Source: a virus | Reading direction: 5' to 3' (one strand) | Length of the DNA stretch: 64,000 nucleotides | Virus record (IMG/VR): IMGVR_UViG_3300026531_000002 | Location: 5,351-69,350 of that record | Shown: piece by piece, positions 26,513 through 36,366 of the stretch | Numbering within the stretch: position 1 is the first letter of the stretch | Layout of the letters: each line of letters begins with the position of its first letter | The notes under the pieces: model-generated | Databases searched by the model: none | Seen by the model: only the letters and a program-made list of their open reading frames with translations | Told to the model about the DNA's origin: nothing | Made by a program: the position numbers and the translations under genes

Positions 26513-26983
26513 ATGTTAAAAGTTGGTTTAGACTTATCAAGCACTGCTTCGGCTGTTGTAATATTAAATGAAAATAACACTCTTATTGACTTCTTTTTAA
26601 TTCAACCTAATAAAGCTTTAGACATTATGGATAGAATTATTGAGATAGGTAAAAAAATAAGAGATGTTTTAGGGTATTACCAATTAGAGATTGAAAAGGT
26701 GAATATTGAGAGTGGAGCTTTTATGGCTAAAGGCAAGAGAAATGAACTAGCAATGCTGAATGGTATTGTTTATTTTATTAGTAGAGATTTAGGCTTCAAT
26801 ACTATTACAACGCCTCCAAACTCACTTAAAAAGAAAGCCACAGGAAATGGAAGAGCTTCAAAAGCGGACATGTTCGATGCCTTGCCAGATGCTGTTGCTA
26901 TGAGATTTATAAATAGTGAGTATAAGAAATTAGATGATTTAACTGATGCTTATCATTTAGCTAAAATTATTGATATTCCTTAA
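26513..26983 (+). CDS. RuvC-like Holliday junction resolvase
   Basis: VGLDLS, IES, PPNSLKKKATGNGRASK, DDLTDA. Confidence 0.88.
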   Translation: MLKVGLDLSSTASAVVILNENNTLIDFFLIQPNKALDIMDRIIEIGKKIRDVLGYYQLEIEKVNIESGAFMAKGKRNELAMLNGIVYFISRDLGFNTITTPPNSLKKKATGNGRASKADMFDALPDAVAMRFINSEYKKLDDLTDAYHLAKIIDIP

Positions 26984-27117
26984 CAAGACAGGCTACTTTC
27001 CTATACTCTCTTTTACGGGAGTATATCCTTTTCTTATTTTGTTAAACTTCTACTTTTATTTTCATTTAAGTTTTATTAGGTATAATGGGTGTATATAAGC
27101 AAATAAGGAGAATTGAA

Positions 27118-27819
27118 ATGAAAGATATAATTCAAATTAACACACAGGTAATAGGTGCTGATACAGTTAATGCTGTTAATGCTAGAGAGCTTTGGAAGGC
27201 TTTAGAAAGTAAACAACAATTTGCTGATTGGATTAAGAAGAGATTAGAAAGATTTATTGAAAATGAGGATTTTATAGTTATTCATAATTCTATGAAAAAC
27301 CCTCAAGGCGGGAGACCACAAAAAGAGTATATTATAACTGTTGATACCGCTAAAATGATAGCAATGATGGAAAACAACCAAAAAGGTGATGAAATAAGAA
27401 GATACTTTATTGAAATTGAGAAAAAATATAAAGCTGATAACCCATCTTATATGATTGAAGACCCAATTAAAAGGGCTGAAAGATGGATTGAAGAGGAAAA
27501 AGAAAGACAAAAATTAGCTTTAGAGAATAAACAAATGAAACCCAAAGCAGAATATTTTGATGCTTTAGTAGAGAGAAAGTTATTAACTAATTTTAGGGAT
27601 ACTGCTAAAGAATTTGGTATAGGTCAAAAAGACTTTATTCATTTTCTGTTAGATAATCATTTTATTTTTAGAGATAAGAATAAACAAATAAAACCATATA
27701 ATGAGTTTGTTCCAGAGTTATTTGAAATAAAAGAGTGGAAATCTAAAAAGAAATCAGGGTTACAAACCTTAATAACACCTAAAGGTAGAGAGACTTTTAG
27801 ATTATTATTAAATAAGTAA
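27118..27819 (+). CDS. Antirepressor (AntA/AntB N-terminus + KilAC/ANT C-terminus)
   Basis: VNARELWKAL...FADWIK...GGRPQKEY...RRYFIEIEK; KPKAEYFD...TLITPKG. Start placed at the ATG after AAGGAG. Confidence 0.9.
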   Translation: MKDIIQINTQVIGADTVNAVNARELWKALESKQQFADWIKKRLERFIENEDFIVIHNSMKNPQGGRPQKEYIITVDTAKMIAMMENNQKGDEIRRYFIEIEKKYKADNPSYMIEDPIKRAERWIEEEKERQKLALENKQMKPKAEYFDALVERKLLTNFRDTAKEFGIGQKDFIHFLLDNHFIFRDKNKQIKPYNEFVPELFEIKEWKSKKKSGLQTLITPKGRETFRLLLNK

Positions 27820-27840
27820 GACAGGCTACTTTCCTGTCTT
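27818..27840. terminator. Bidirectional terminator
   Basis: aagacagg-ctacttt-cctgtctt between convergent genes. Confidence 0.6.
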
Positions 27841-28125
27841 AACAAACTTCTTATTATACTCTATATTAACCTTATTCAGCTTCATAAATCTCTTATAAAG
27901 TGTTGTATCATACTTTCTTATTTTATTGAAATCAGATACACTCATACACAATCTATTTCCTTTTTGGTGTAAAGTTATTTTAGGTCTTTTAGGGACTTTG
28001 TAAACTGGCATTTTAGGGTATTTTGGTGTAACTTTTTCAGGACTTGCACAACCACTTAATAATAATGGTATAGTATAAAGTACATTTAGTAATTTAAAGT
28101 GTTTTTTATAAAATACATTTAACAT
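27826..28125 (-). CDS. Lipoprotein, putative o-spanin
   Basis: Lipobox LLLSGC followed by a Pro-rich segment; downstream of an i-spanin-like gene. Confidence 0.65.
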   Translation of the reverse strand: MLNVFYKKHFKLLNVLYTIPLLLSGCASPEKVTPKYPKMPVYKVPKRPKITLHQKGNRLCMSVSDFNKIRKYDTTLYKRFMKLNKVNIEYNKKFVKTGK

Positions 28126-28135
28126 TTTTTACTCC

Positions 28136-28414
28136 TTAATATATAATTGTGAATGTTTTTTCTTCTGGTTCAGTTGTTTGTTTGCTTACAGGTAAAGGTT
28201 TAATCTCTTTTACTGAAACATTTACATCTTGCAATAAAATATCTTGTACTACCTCTTGAAAATCAGAAGCTGTTTCAAGGCTTTCTAAATTCTGTTTACA
28301 TACTTTTAAAGTGCTTTCTAGCTTCTCTATTTTGTTGGTATAGTATTGATAACCGATTATTAAACCTAAAACTAAAATAGTTGGGATTGCTACTTCTAGT
28401 ATTTTTCTATACAA
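28136..28414 (-). CDS. Putative i-spanin (Rz-like)
   Basis: N-terminal TM helix then coiled coil with Cys; late box upstream. Confidence 0.6.
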   Translation of the reverse strand: MYRKILEVAIPTILVLGLIIGYQYYTNKIEKLESTLKVCKQNLESLETASDFQEVVQDILLQDVNVSVKEIKPLPVSKQTTEPEEKTFTIIY

Positions 28415-28439
28415 TTTAAACTCCTATTTTTATGTTGAG

Positions 28440-28444
28440 TGTCG
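28440..28444 (-). promoter_or_regulatory. Late promoter box CGACA
   Basis: ggCGACActcaacataaaaataggag. Confidence 0.6.
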
Positions 28445-28515
28445 CCGTTTCAGCTTTTTGTAAGTTAATTTTTGCTAGACTTTGCAAGTGTTATTATTTT
28501 TAAAAAAGGATAAAG

Positions 28516-28683
28516 ATGAAAGAAATCAAATATAAAGGAAAGCCTGCCAAACTCTTGAGAGTGGTTAAAGATAAAGTTTATAAAAGGGCATTTACTTATT
28601 ACTTAATAGAGGTAGAAAGGAAGAAAAATCCACAAATATGGTTAGGTAAAAAAGCCTACGAAGAAAATGTAGAGGAGGTATAA
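28516..28683 (+). CDS. Small hypothetical protein (55 aa, not in ORF track)
   Basis: AAGGA RBS; MKEIKYKGKPAKLLRVV...EENVEEV; stop abuts the next ATG. Confidence 0.6.
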   Translation: MKEIKYKGKPAKLLRVVKDKVYKRAFTYYLIEVERKKNPQIWLGKKAYEENVEEV

Positions 28684-28908
28684 ATGATTATTAGTGTATT
28701 GGAGAAAAACGGTAAAAAGTATTATCACACTATTTCAATTATTGATAAAGTGTTTGATAATGTATATGAGTGTTATTTTGATAAGGTTAAAACTCTTGTG
28801 AAATTTGAGAACATTATACTACAAGATTTAGTGATGGGTGTTTTGTTTGAAATAGATAAAAATGATGAAATGATAGTGCTTAGAAAGGCTTATGATGAAT
28901 GTAATTAA
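28684..28908 (+). CDS. Hypothetical protein
   Basis: GGAGG RBS; overlaps dnaB start. Confidence 0.55.
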   Translation: MIISVLEKNGKKYYHTISIIDKVFDNVYECYFDKVKTLVKFENIILQDLVMGVLFEIDKNDEMIVLRKAYDECN

Positions 28909-30088
28909 TAGAGCTGTTGCATATGCCGTTAAAGAGGGTAAGGAGAACCTTTTAACAAGCTTATTAAATATTAATAGTGAAAAAGGTTTAGTTAAAATTT
29001 TAAAAGAGTTTTATAGTACTTACAAGAGGTTACCTAATGCAAATAACTTTAAGACTTATATTTTACACAAACACCCTAATTATAGTAGCACTTTTAATAA
29101 GCTAATAGAAACTGAATTTGATGATATCACAGTTTCTATTATAAAATCTTCAGTAGCTAAAGAAGTTGTTATGAAGGATATTAATAAGCTACTAGAAAAT
29201 ATTAATGAAGAAGAAACTGAATCAGTGCTGGTTAAGTTAGATAAAATAAAATCTAGTGCAGTTAATATTTTAGATAGTGGGTTAGTAAATCCAAAAGATG
29301 ATGAGTATGCTGTTGAAGCAATGACAACAGTTGAATCTTTTATTCCTATCCTTAAGCAAAAGAATTATCAATTTGCTGGTTTAAACATTATTGGTGGTGA
29401 TACAGGAGGGGGAAAGTCTATTTACTTACTACAACAGCTTATGTATAATTATGAGAGAGGAAAAGATGTAGCAATGTTCTCTTTAGAGTTAAGTAGGTTT
29501 GAGGTTTATGCTAGAATGTATAGTTTAGTTAATAATGTACCATTTGAGAAAGTGTATGCTAATCCTAATTATATTGATAGGGTTAATGAGTGGAAAAAAG
29601 ACTATTTTAATAGGGATAATCAATTTCTTATTATGGATAATGATTTAACAACAGATGGTTTATATTCTGAATTAGAAACTTTAAAAGGGTATGTAATAGG
29701 GATAGACTATCTAAATTTAGTAGAGCCAGCTGAAAAAGATAGCTTTAAAGAGAACTTCTTTGTTTTATCAAAAATGGCAAAGCACTTACACAAGCTGGCT
29801 AAGAGGCTTGGTCAGGTCATATTCAGCCCTGTGCAGATTAATAAAGAAGATGTGAAAGAGAAAGATAATGTTATTAAAATATCTGTTAGAGGTTCTAAAG
29901 AGTTATTGTTTAGTGCTACTTCTTTTGTGTATTTATTAAAGAGTGAAGAGAGTAACGGAGAAGATGAGTTTGATATTATGAAAGCTTATTTCTTGAAAAC
30001 TAGAAATGCTCCTAAATGTGTTGTTATTTTAGAGGCTGATTTTGCTTGTATGAAGTTTTTACCAACTGTTATTTATGAGAGAATTTAA
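28892..30088 (+). CDS. DnaB-like replicative helicase
   Basis: GGDTGGGKS, FSLEL, IGIDYLNLV, SPVQIN, KTRN. Confidence 0.88.
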   Translation: MMNVINRAVAYAVKEGKENLLTSLLNINSEKGLVKILKEFYSTYKRLPNANNFKTYILHKHPNYSSTFNKLIETEFDDITVSIIKSSVAKEVVMKDINKLLENINEEETESVLVKLDKIKSSAVNILDSGLVNPKDDEYAVEAMTTVESFIPILKQKNYQFAGLNIIGGDTGGGKSIYLLQQLMYNYERGKDVAMFSLELSRFEVYARMYSLVNNVPFEKVYANPNYIDRVNEWKKDYFNRDNQFLIMDNDLTTDGLYSELETLKGYVIGIDYLNLVEPAEKDSFKENFFVLSKMAKHLHKLAKRLGQVIFSPVQINKEDVKEKDNVIKISVRGSKELLFSATSFVYLLKSEESNGEDEFDIMKAYFLKTRNAPKCVVILEADFACMKFLPTVIYERI

Positions 30089-30123
30089 GTATAATACGTT
30101 AAAATAAACAAAAAGGAGATTGT

Positions 30124-30708
30124 ATGACAAAAAATCAATATAAAAAAACAGGTAGTGATGAATCATATACTTACCCATATTTGATAACACCTTTATTGTC
30201 TTTTATTGAAGAATTTAAAGATAAAATAGGAAAGGAAAATTTGACAATATGGTGTCCATTTGATTTAGAAAAAGATTTAGAGATTAAAGGTGTAAAATAT
30301 TTTGAAAGTTATTATTGTAAAATATTTAAAGAAGCTGGTTATAATGTAATATGTTCTCATATTTTAACAGGACAAGATTTTTTTGAGTATGAACCATTAG
30401 ATTATGATATTATTGTTAGTAATCCACCATTTAAAAATAAAAGGCTTTTTTTTGAAAGAGCTTTAAGCTTACATAAACCATTTGTTTTATTAAGCACTGC
30501 TTCGTGGTTTAATGACGGCGGTGTATATAATGTATTTAAAAATGAAAAACTACAATTATTAATGCCAAAGGAAAGGGCTGTATTTTTTGATAATAGTAAA
30601 AATCAAATTGGTAAAAGAGCCTCATTTAAGTCTATATACTATTGTAAAGATTTTTTAGTTGGTCATGATATTAAATGGTTTGAGTTAGGAAAACAAAAAG
30701 GAGTTTAA
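30124..30708 (+). CDS. Putative N6-adenine DNA methyltransferase
   Basis: DESYT, IWCPFD, GQDFF, IVSNPPF, KPFVLL. Confidence 0.75.
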   Translation: MTKNQYKKTGSDESYTYPYLITPLLSFIEEFKDKIGKENLTIWCPFDLEKDLEIKGVKYFESYYCKIFKEAGYNVICSHILTGQDFFEYEPLDYDIIVSNPPFKNKRLFFERALSLHKPFVLLSTASWFNDGGVYNVFKNEKLQLLMPKERAVFFDNSKNQIGKRASFKSIYYCKDFLVGHDIKWFELGKQKGV

Positions 30709-30709
30709 A

Positions 30710-31585
30710 ATGAGAGAGTTAATTTTAGATTATTTAGAAACAAGTGGTATTCCCTATAAAGTAACAGGTGACGAGTGGATTTTATCTAAATGCTTTAATC
30801 CAAAACACAATGATAAAAGTCCATCTCTTTCAATTAATACTGAAACAGGGGCTGGAAAGTGCTTTGGGTGTGGTTTTACTATACACCCTATTTTTTGGAT
30901 TAAAGGTGAGATAAATGATAAAATACTATTAGAAATGGAAGCTAAAGCAATACTTAATAAGCATTTTAAAAAGAAAGATGAGCCAAAAGAAAAAGTAGAG
31001 TTTAAATTACCAATCAAAACTAGAGATGTTGAGGCAGGTTGGAGAGGTCTTGAGGAAGATACTATTAATAAACTAGATTTATTCATTACTGATAAGGGTA
31101 GATTTAAAAATAGAGTAATATTTCCTTTTTACAACTCTAAAAAGAAGTTACAAGGGTTTAATTCAAGAGCTTTGGGCAATGAAACTCCTAAGTACTTATA
31201 CAGTAAAGGTATAGACCCTTATTCAATTATTTATCCAGCTTTTAATGTGTTTGATATTCAAAGAAGTGAAGTTGTTATTGTAGAGGGGATTATAGATGCT
31301 ATTTTAATGAATCAGGTGGGTTTGAAGGCTATATTTAATTTTGGAACAGCAAATATTTTTACTGATAAAAAAATAGAGTACCTTTTAAGTCAAGGTATAG
31401 AAACTTTAGTGTTAGCTTTAGACAAAGATGAAGCAGGCTTTAAAGGTAACGGTAGGTACTTATCAGATAAGAAGATAAGAAAGTACTTTGATATTAAATT
31501 AGTAAAAGAGTACAAACCTCTTCAAGATTTTTTTGTATCCGACTACAAGGACTTTTCAGACTATTATCTGTCACTTATTTCTTAG
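30710..31585 (+). CDS. DnaG-like primase
   Basis: Zinc finger CFNPKH.D..PS...CFGCG; RVIFP; PKYL; TOPRIM VEGIID, LDKDEAG. Confidence 0.92.
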   Translation: MRELILDYLETSGIPYKVTGDEWILSKCFNPKHNDKSPSLSINTETGAGKCFGCGFTIHPIFWIKGEINDKILLEMEAKAILNKHFKKKDEPKEKVEFKLPIKTRDVEAGWRGLEEDTINKLDLFITDKGRFKNRVIFPFYNSKKKLQGFNSRALGNETPKYLYSKGIDPYSIIYPAFNVFDIQRSEVVIVEGIIDAILMNQVGLKAIFNFGTANIFTDKKIEYLLSQGIETLVLALDKDEAGFKGNGRYLSDKKIRKYFDIKLVKEYKPLQDFFVSDYKDFSDYYLSLIS

Positions 31586-31740
31586 TTTTATTTTTATTTA
31601 AGCTTTATTTTGTTAAACTTCTACTATATACATTAACAAAAGGAGAAACAAAATGAGTAATAAATTAAAAGGTTTGTTTGGGAACATGGTTATATTGGTG
31701 AACCAGTTATTAGATGGTTATAAAAGTAAAAGGGATTAAA

Positions 31741-32328
31741 ATGAAAGTAGTAGGATTAATAGGAAAAAAGAATGTTGGTAAGGACACTATTGCTGACATT
31801 ATGACAAGACATTTAAGGTTTAAAGGGTATAAAGTTGCTACAACAGCCTTAGCAGTACCTTTAAAATCTGAAGTGGCTGATATGTTAGGTATTTCATTAA
31901 CTGAATTAGAGGAAAGTAAGAACACTGATAAGTTGTATGATGTTAGAACTATTAGAGAATGGTTGCAGTTTATTGGTGAGGAAAACTGTAAAACAAATAA
32001 AAAATACTATGTGAATAGATTAGGCGAGTCTTTAATTTACTATAAAAATATAGGTATGGATTTTGTAATAGTTACAGATGTTAGAAAGATTATTGAAGCA
32101 GACTATTTGAAAGAGAAATGGGACAGTGTAAATATTAAAATTATTAGGGATACAGGCTTAAAAGATGTTCACACAACTGAAACAGAAGTTGATAAAATTC
32201 CTGATAATTTAATTGATTATACTTGCTACAATACTGAATATGACAGCCTGTACCATAAGGTAGAGGATTGTCTTATAGGTTTAGGTTTATTAGATGAGTT
32301 TTGGTATGTAGGAGCATCTGATGACTGA
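31741..32328 (+). CDS. Deoxynucleoside monophosphate kinase
   Basis: GKKNVGKDT, REWLQFIGE, VTDVR, HTTE. Confidence 0.85.
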   Translation: MKVVGLIGKKNVGKDTIADIMTRHLRFKGYKVATTALAVPLKSEVADMLGISLTELEESKNTDKLYDVRTIREWLQFIGEENCKTNKKYYVNRLGESLIYYKNIGMDFVIVTDVRKIIEADYLKEKWDSVNIKIIRDTGLKDVHTTETEVDKIPDNLIDYTCYNTEYDSLYHKVEDCLIGLGLLDEFWYVGASDD

Positions 32329-32755
32329 AAAAGAGATTGATATTGTTATGGCACATATTATTAAGGTTACTGATAAAAAAGTGTTACAGCCTTTTACAGG
32401 TGGTTTTTCTAAAGATAGAAAAAAGATTATAGCATTTAGAAAGAATATGTATCCCTATGTTAGAAAAAAGATTGAGAAAAATCAAGACCACTCATTTGTA
32501 AAGTATATTGATTTTAAAAATTATATAGAGAATTTGTTTGATAATGATATAGATAGCACTATAAATTATGGTAAAGCTAACTTAGTTATTATTGATAATG
32601 TAGGGTTAGAATCGTTTAAACCCACTACATCAATTAAGGCCTTAGAAAGTTTGATTTTAAATGCTGGTGATAGATATATAGTAGTTAATATTTTTAATAA
32701 TTTTGTTGAGTATAGTAAGTTATTATTTGATTTAGGTTTTGAAAAGGAGCATTGA
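32321..32755 (+). CDS. Degenerate DnaC/IstB-like helicase-loader domain
   Basis: LVIIDNVGLE resembles the LLIIDDLGxE Walker B region; no Walker A. Confidence 0.4.
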   Translation: MTEKEIDIVMAHIIKVTDKKVLQPFTGGFSKDRKKIIAFRKNMYPYVRKKIEKNQDHSFVKYIDFKNYIENLFDNDIDSTINYGKANLVIIDNVGLESFKPTTSIKALESLILNAGDRYIVVNIFNNFVEYSKLLFDLGFEKEH

Positions 32756-35226
32756 TGAAAAAGCTAATAGAGGTAGATATTACAGGAACTTTACAAGTTC
32801 CTTTTGAGTTATCAACATACTTTGATTTAGAAAATTATTTATACTACAAGAAGAAACACCAAACAATAGAGGCTGTAACTACTATTAAGTTTGATGATAC
32901 AACAGCATATTTTCCACGTAATTTAGAGAAATTTATAAAATCTATTAAAGAGCCTGATAAGTTTAAGATTAAGTTTCATAACAAGACTGTTACAAATCCT
33001 GCTAATATATCTGTTTCAGATACTTTCTCATTGCTGGATAGACAAAAAGAGCCTACTAGACAAATGTTAGAGCTACTAAAAACAAAATCACAATGTATCT
33101 TACAGGCCCCGCCCTCGTGGGGGAAAGAGCAACCATTATACTCAAAAATATTAACACCAAATGGTTGGACAACAATGGAAAAAATTAAAGCAGGAGATTA
33201 TGTTATAGGGTCTGATGGACTACCAAAAAAGGTCTTAGAAGTATTTCCACAAGGTGTTAAAGATGTTTATAGATTACATTTTTCAGATAAAACATATGTT
33301 GATTGTGGTTTAGAACACTTATGGACTATTGAGGTTGATAATACCGAAAAAACAGTAACTACTAAGTGGTTATTTAATAATTTAACAAGAGCATATATTA
33401 GACTTCCTAAATATACACAATCCAATAACAAAATATATTATGATGCTTACAGTATAGGTAAAAATGTAAAACAAAGTAAATATATACCTAAAACATTATT
33501 ATACGCAAACATAGAGGATAGAATTTTATTTATAAAAGGGTTATTAGGTATTATTAGAAATATAAATATCCTACCAACAGCAAGTTTAACTTTAATAAAA
33601 AAGTCTATATTACAAAACAATATAGCAGATATTATAAGAAGTTGTGGTTTTTTAGTCACACAAAGTAATGATGATTTATATATTGATTTTGTTACAGATA
33701 AAAAAAGAATAACAAAAATAGAGAAGCTACCAAATAAAACTGAAATGAAATGTATAGCTATTGATAGTCAAGACCATTTATACGTAACTGATGGGTATAC
33801 ATTGACACATAACAGCTATTCATTAGCACACATTGTAAAGGAACTTGGTCAGAAGTCTTTAATATTAGTTGATAAGACTTTATTAGCAGACCAAATGTAT
33901 AAGGAGTTTAAAAATAACACTAAAGATACTGATATAAGCTTGTTAAGTAGTAAGAATAAAAAATTAGGAGATGTTAATATAGCAACTCTTCAGTTCCTAT
34001 TAAAAAATAGTGATTTACTAGAACAACTAAGTAAAGAAATTGGGTTTGTAGTTCAAGATGAGTGTGTAACTGGTGATACTGAAATTTTTACTGAAAAAGG
34101 TTGGGTTAGGTTTGATGAATTAGATAGAAGTACTAAAGTTGCTCAAGTTAATCCTGATACTCTAGAATATGATTTTGTGATGCCTACTAGGTACATTAAA
34201 AGGTTTTCTAAATTAATATATGGGGTTAAAACAGATAAATATAAAATAGAAAGTACAGCAGGACATAATCACTTAATAAAAGATACACAAACAGGAAACA
34301 AACTAACAGGTTCAATTAAATGGTTTCCTAATAATTTTAACTTATTTAATATTGACGGAACTGAATATGAATTTATAAATAGTAAAAAATACAACTATAT
34401 ATATAATGATTATGTTTATTGTGTAGAAGTCCCAACACATTATATTTATATTAGACAGAATGGATTGCCATATGTAACAGGAAATTGTCATTCAATTTCA
34501 ATAGGAGCTTTTACAGATGTGATACACTCAATTCCTGCTAGATACCGATTAGGTCTTTCAGCAACCCCTACAAGGTCTGATGGGCTGACTGAAGCTATTT
34601 ATGATGCTTTGGGTTATCATAAAGTGATTGCTACAAATCCTGATAATTTAGATGTTGATATATATTCACACCATATTCCTATTTCAGCTTATGGAGAGGA
34701 TTACCATTCATTCTTATTTAATCTATACACTCATAGGGATTTTTTAAAGAGATTAGTAAAGCTTGTTACAACTGCTGTTAAGAATAAAAGACAGGTTTTG
34801 TTATATACAACTTCACAGTCTATTCAAGTGTTTTATCAAGAGCTGTTTAAACAGCTTAAACCTTTATTACTTAACAGCAACTCAACACAAAAAAAGAAGA
34901 ATGAGATATTAGAGAAGTTTGATAAAAGAGAAAGTCCTATTCTAATTTCAGGAACATCTGTAACAAAAGGAGTTTCAATTTACACATTAGATACAATTAT
35001 CAACTGTGCATTTAATACTAAAGAGAATTTAGAACAACTAATAGGTAGGTTAAGAAGAAATGATGATACTAAAAAGAAGCCTGTATTTATTACATTTAGT
35101 TTTGATAGTGCTTATAAACAAGGGCAAAAGCAAGAGAAAATATTAAGAAATCTTGTTAAACCCACTAATGATACTTTTAATAAGGTTGGTAAGTTTGGAG
35201 ATTTAGTAGATGTGTTAGAGGCTTAA
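32752..35226 (+). CDS. SF2 (DExH) helicase with two inteins
   Basis: After intein removal: APPSWGKS, VQDECH, LGLSATPTRSDG, EQLIGRLRR. Confidence 0.92.
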   Translation: MMKKLIEVDITGTLQVPFELSTYFDLENYLYYKKKHQTIEAVTTIKFDDTTAYFPRNLEKFIKSIKEPDKFKIKFHNKTVTNPANISVSDTFSLLDRQKEPTRQMLELLKTKSQCILQAPPSWGKEQPLYSKILTPNGWTTMEKIKAGDYVIGSDGLPKKVLEVFPQGVKDVYRLHFSDKTYVDCGLEHLWTIEVDNTEKTVTTKWLFNNLTRAYIRLPKYTQSNNKIYYDAYSIGKNVKQSKYIPKTLLYANIEDRILFIKGLLGIIRNINILPTASLTLIKKSILQNNIADIIRSCGFLVTQSNDDLYIDFVTDKKRITKIEKLPNKTEMKCIAIDSQDHLYVTDGYTLTHNSYSLAHIVKELGQKSLILVDKTLLADQMYKEFKNNTKDTDISLLSSKNKKLGDVNIATLQFLLKNSDLLEQLSKEIGFVVQDECVTGDTEIFTEKGWVRFDELDRSTKVAQVNPDTLEYDFVMPTRYIKRFSKLIYGVKTDKYKIESTAGHNHLIKDTQTGNKLTGSIKWFPNNFNLFNIDGTEYEFINSKKYNYIYNDYVYCVEVPTHYIYIRQNGLPYVTGNCHSISIGAFTDVIHSIPARYRLGLSATPTRSDGLTEAIYDALGYHKVIATNPDNLDVDIYSHHIPISAYGEDYHSFLFNLYTHRDFLKRLVKLVTTAVKNKRQVLLYTTSQSIQVFYQELFKQLKPLLLNSNSTQKKKNEILEKFDKRESPILISGTSVTKGVSIYTLDTIINCAFNTKENLEQLIGRLRRNDDTKKKPVFITFSFDSAYKQGQKQEKILRNLVKPTNDTFNKVGKFGDLVDVLEA
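33127..33813 (+). mobile_element. Class 3 intein (229 aa) in Walker A
   Basis: GK|EQPLYSKILTPNGW...EHLW...MKCIAID...YVTDGYTLTHN|S; non-nucleophilic first residue plus W-C-T triplet. Confidence 0.85.
34063..34485 (+). mobile_element. Mini-intein (141 aa) in Walker B
   Basis: DE|CVTGDTEIFTEKGW...TAGH...VYCVEVP...VTGN|CH. Confidence 0.9.
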
Positions 35227-35237
35227 ACAGCCTCTAT
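35217..35237. terminator. Bidirectional terminator
   Basis: tagaggct-taaac-agcctcta between convergent genes. Confidence 0.55.
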
Positions 35238-35576
35238 TTATTTTGGTAAAGTGTCCTTGAAAGCCTCTCCACTAATATACTTTTCCAGAACTTCTAAAGC
35301 ATCATAAGCTTTATTAATTCCTATATTAGTTCCTAAATCAATTTCAATAGCCACAAATAGACTGCCTATAACTGCTGAATACATATTTGAATTGTTGTTA
35401 TACATAATTACTAATAACTCATCAATATCATTAAGTACTTCTCCTAAAATTAGGATTGCTTCAGCCTCTTTTTTAGTTTCTAAACCTGTAACTTCTAATA
35501 GGTAACTAAGTCCCTTATAAGTATCTAAAAACATTTCTATTTTTTTCTTTTTAAACCTGTAACTACATTCAACCAT
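35238..35576 (-). CDS. Hypothetical protein
   Basis: ORF with AAGGA RBS. Confidence 0.55.
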   Translation of the reverse strand: MVECSYRFKKKKIEMFLDTYKGLSYLLEVTGLETKKEAEAILILGEVLNDIDELLVIMYNNNSNMYSAVIGSLFVAIEIDLGTNIGINKAYDALEVLEKYISGEAFKDTLPK

Positions 35577-35627
35577 TTTTACTTCCTTTTTTTATTGTAT
35601 TGTATAAAAATTATACTACAAAGTCAA

Positions 35628-36044
35628 TCAAGTTGCTGAAAAAGTAACTTCTAATGTTATTTCAGCAACTGAATAAGGGTGTAACAATCCACCGTCTCTT
35701 TTCATACTTGTAAAGTTATAATTAACAAGCTTATCACATTTTAGGTTATCATACACGCTATTATAAACTAAATCTATTAAATCACTTAAGTTATCTTCAT
35801 AAGTATCTCTATGTTGTTTATTGTAGATTAAAAATCTTATAGTTCCGTATACTCTATTGTATCCTGCATAATTAACTCTATTTTCTCCAACATTTTCTTT
35901 TTCATAAATTACACCAATGCTTGGGTAGTATCTAGCTTTTTCCCAAACAGGAATATGATTTTTATAAACCTTTTTAAATGCACCTGTGTTTTCAAGTATT
36001 GAAACTATATCATCAATGATTTTTCCACGAATATTGTTAGACAT
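35628..36044 (-). CDS. Tail terminator / tail completion protein
   Basis: IRGKIIDDIVSIL...YPSIGV...DGGLLHPYSVAEITLEV, T5 p142-like; late box upstream. Confidence 0.65.
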   Translation of the reverse strand: MSNNIRGKIIDDIVSILENTGAFKKVYKNHIPVWEKARYYPSIGVIYEKENVGENRVNYAGYNRVYGTIRFLIYNKQHRDTYEDNLSDLIDLVYNSVYDNLKCDKLVNYNFTSMKRDGGLLHPYSVAEITLEVTFSAT

Positions 36045-36067
36045 TGTTTAAGTCCTTTTTAGGTGTG

Positions 36068-36072
36068 TGTCG
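36068..36072 (-). promoter_or_regulatory. Late promoter box CGACA
   Basis: aaagCGACAcacacctaaaaagga. Confidence 0.65.
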
Positions 36073-36115
36073 CTTTATTTTTTTTAATGATTTTGTAAGT
36101 AGGAGTAGAGGCTGA

Positions 36116-36337
36116 TTAAGCCTCTGTGAAAGAGTTTGGAAAAGTTTTTAAAAGATATTCAAAAGTTTTTGTATCAACTTCTTTTATATCTTCATTTTTG
36201 AAGTCAATTCCACATGATGTAATTCCTGTTCCAGTGTATTTAACTTTTTTCTTAGTAGGTTTTTTAGGAGTTTTTTTAGGGGTTTCTTTTTCAGTTGTTT
36301 CTACAACCTCTTCTGTTTTAATTTTTCTCTTTGCCAT
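36116..36337 (-). CDS. Small capsid-operon protein
   Basis: Directly downstream of the major capsid gene. Confidence 0.55.
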   Translation of the reverse strand: MAKRKIKTEEVVETTEKETPKKTPKKPTKKKVKYTGTGITSCGIDFKNEDIKEVDTKTFEYLLKTFPNSFTEA

Positions 36338-36366
36338 AGCTTATCCTTTATTTAGCAAGCTGGGGA

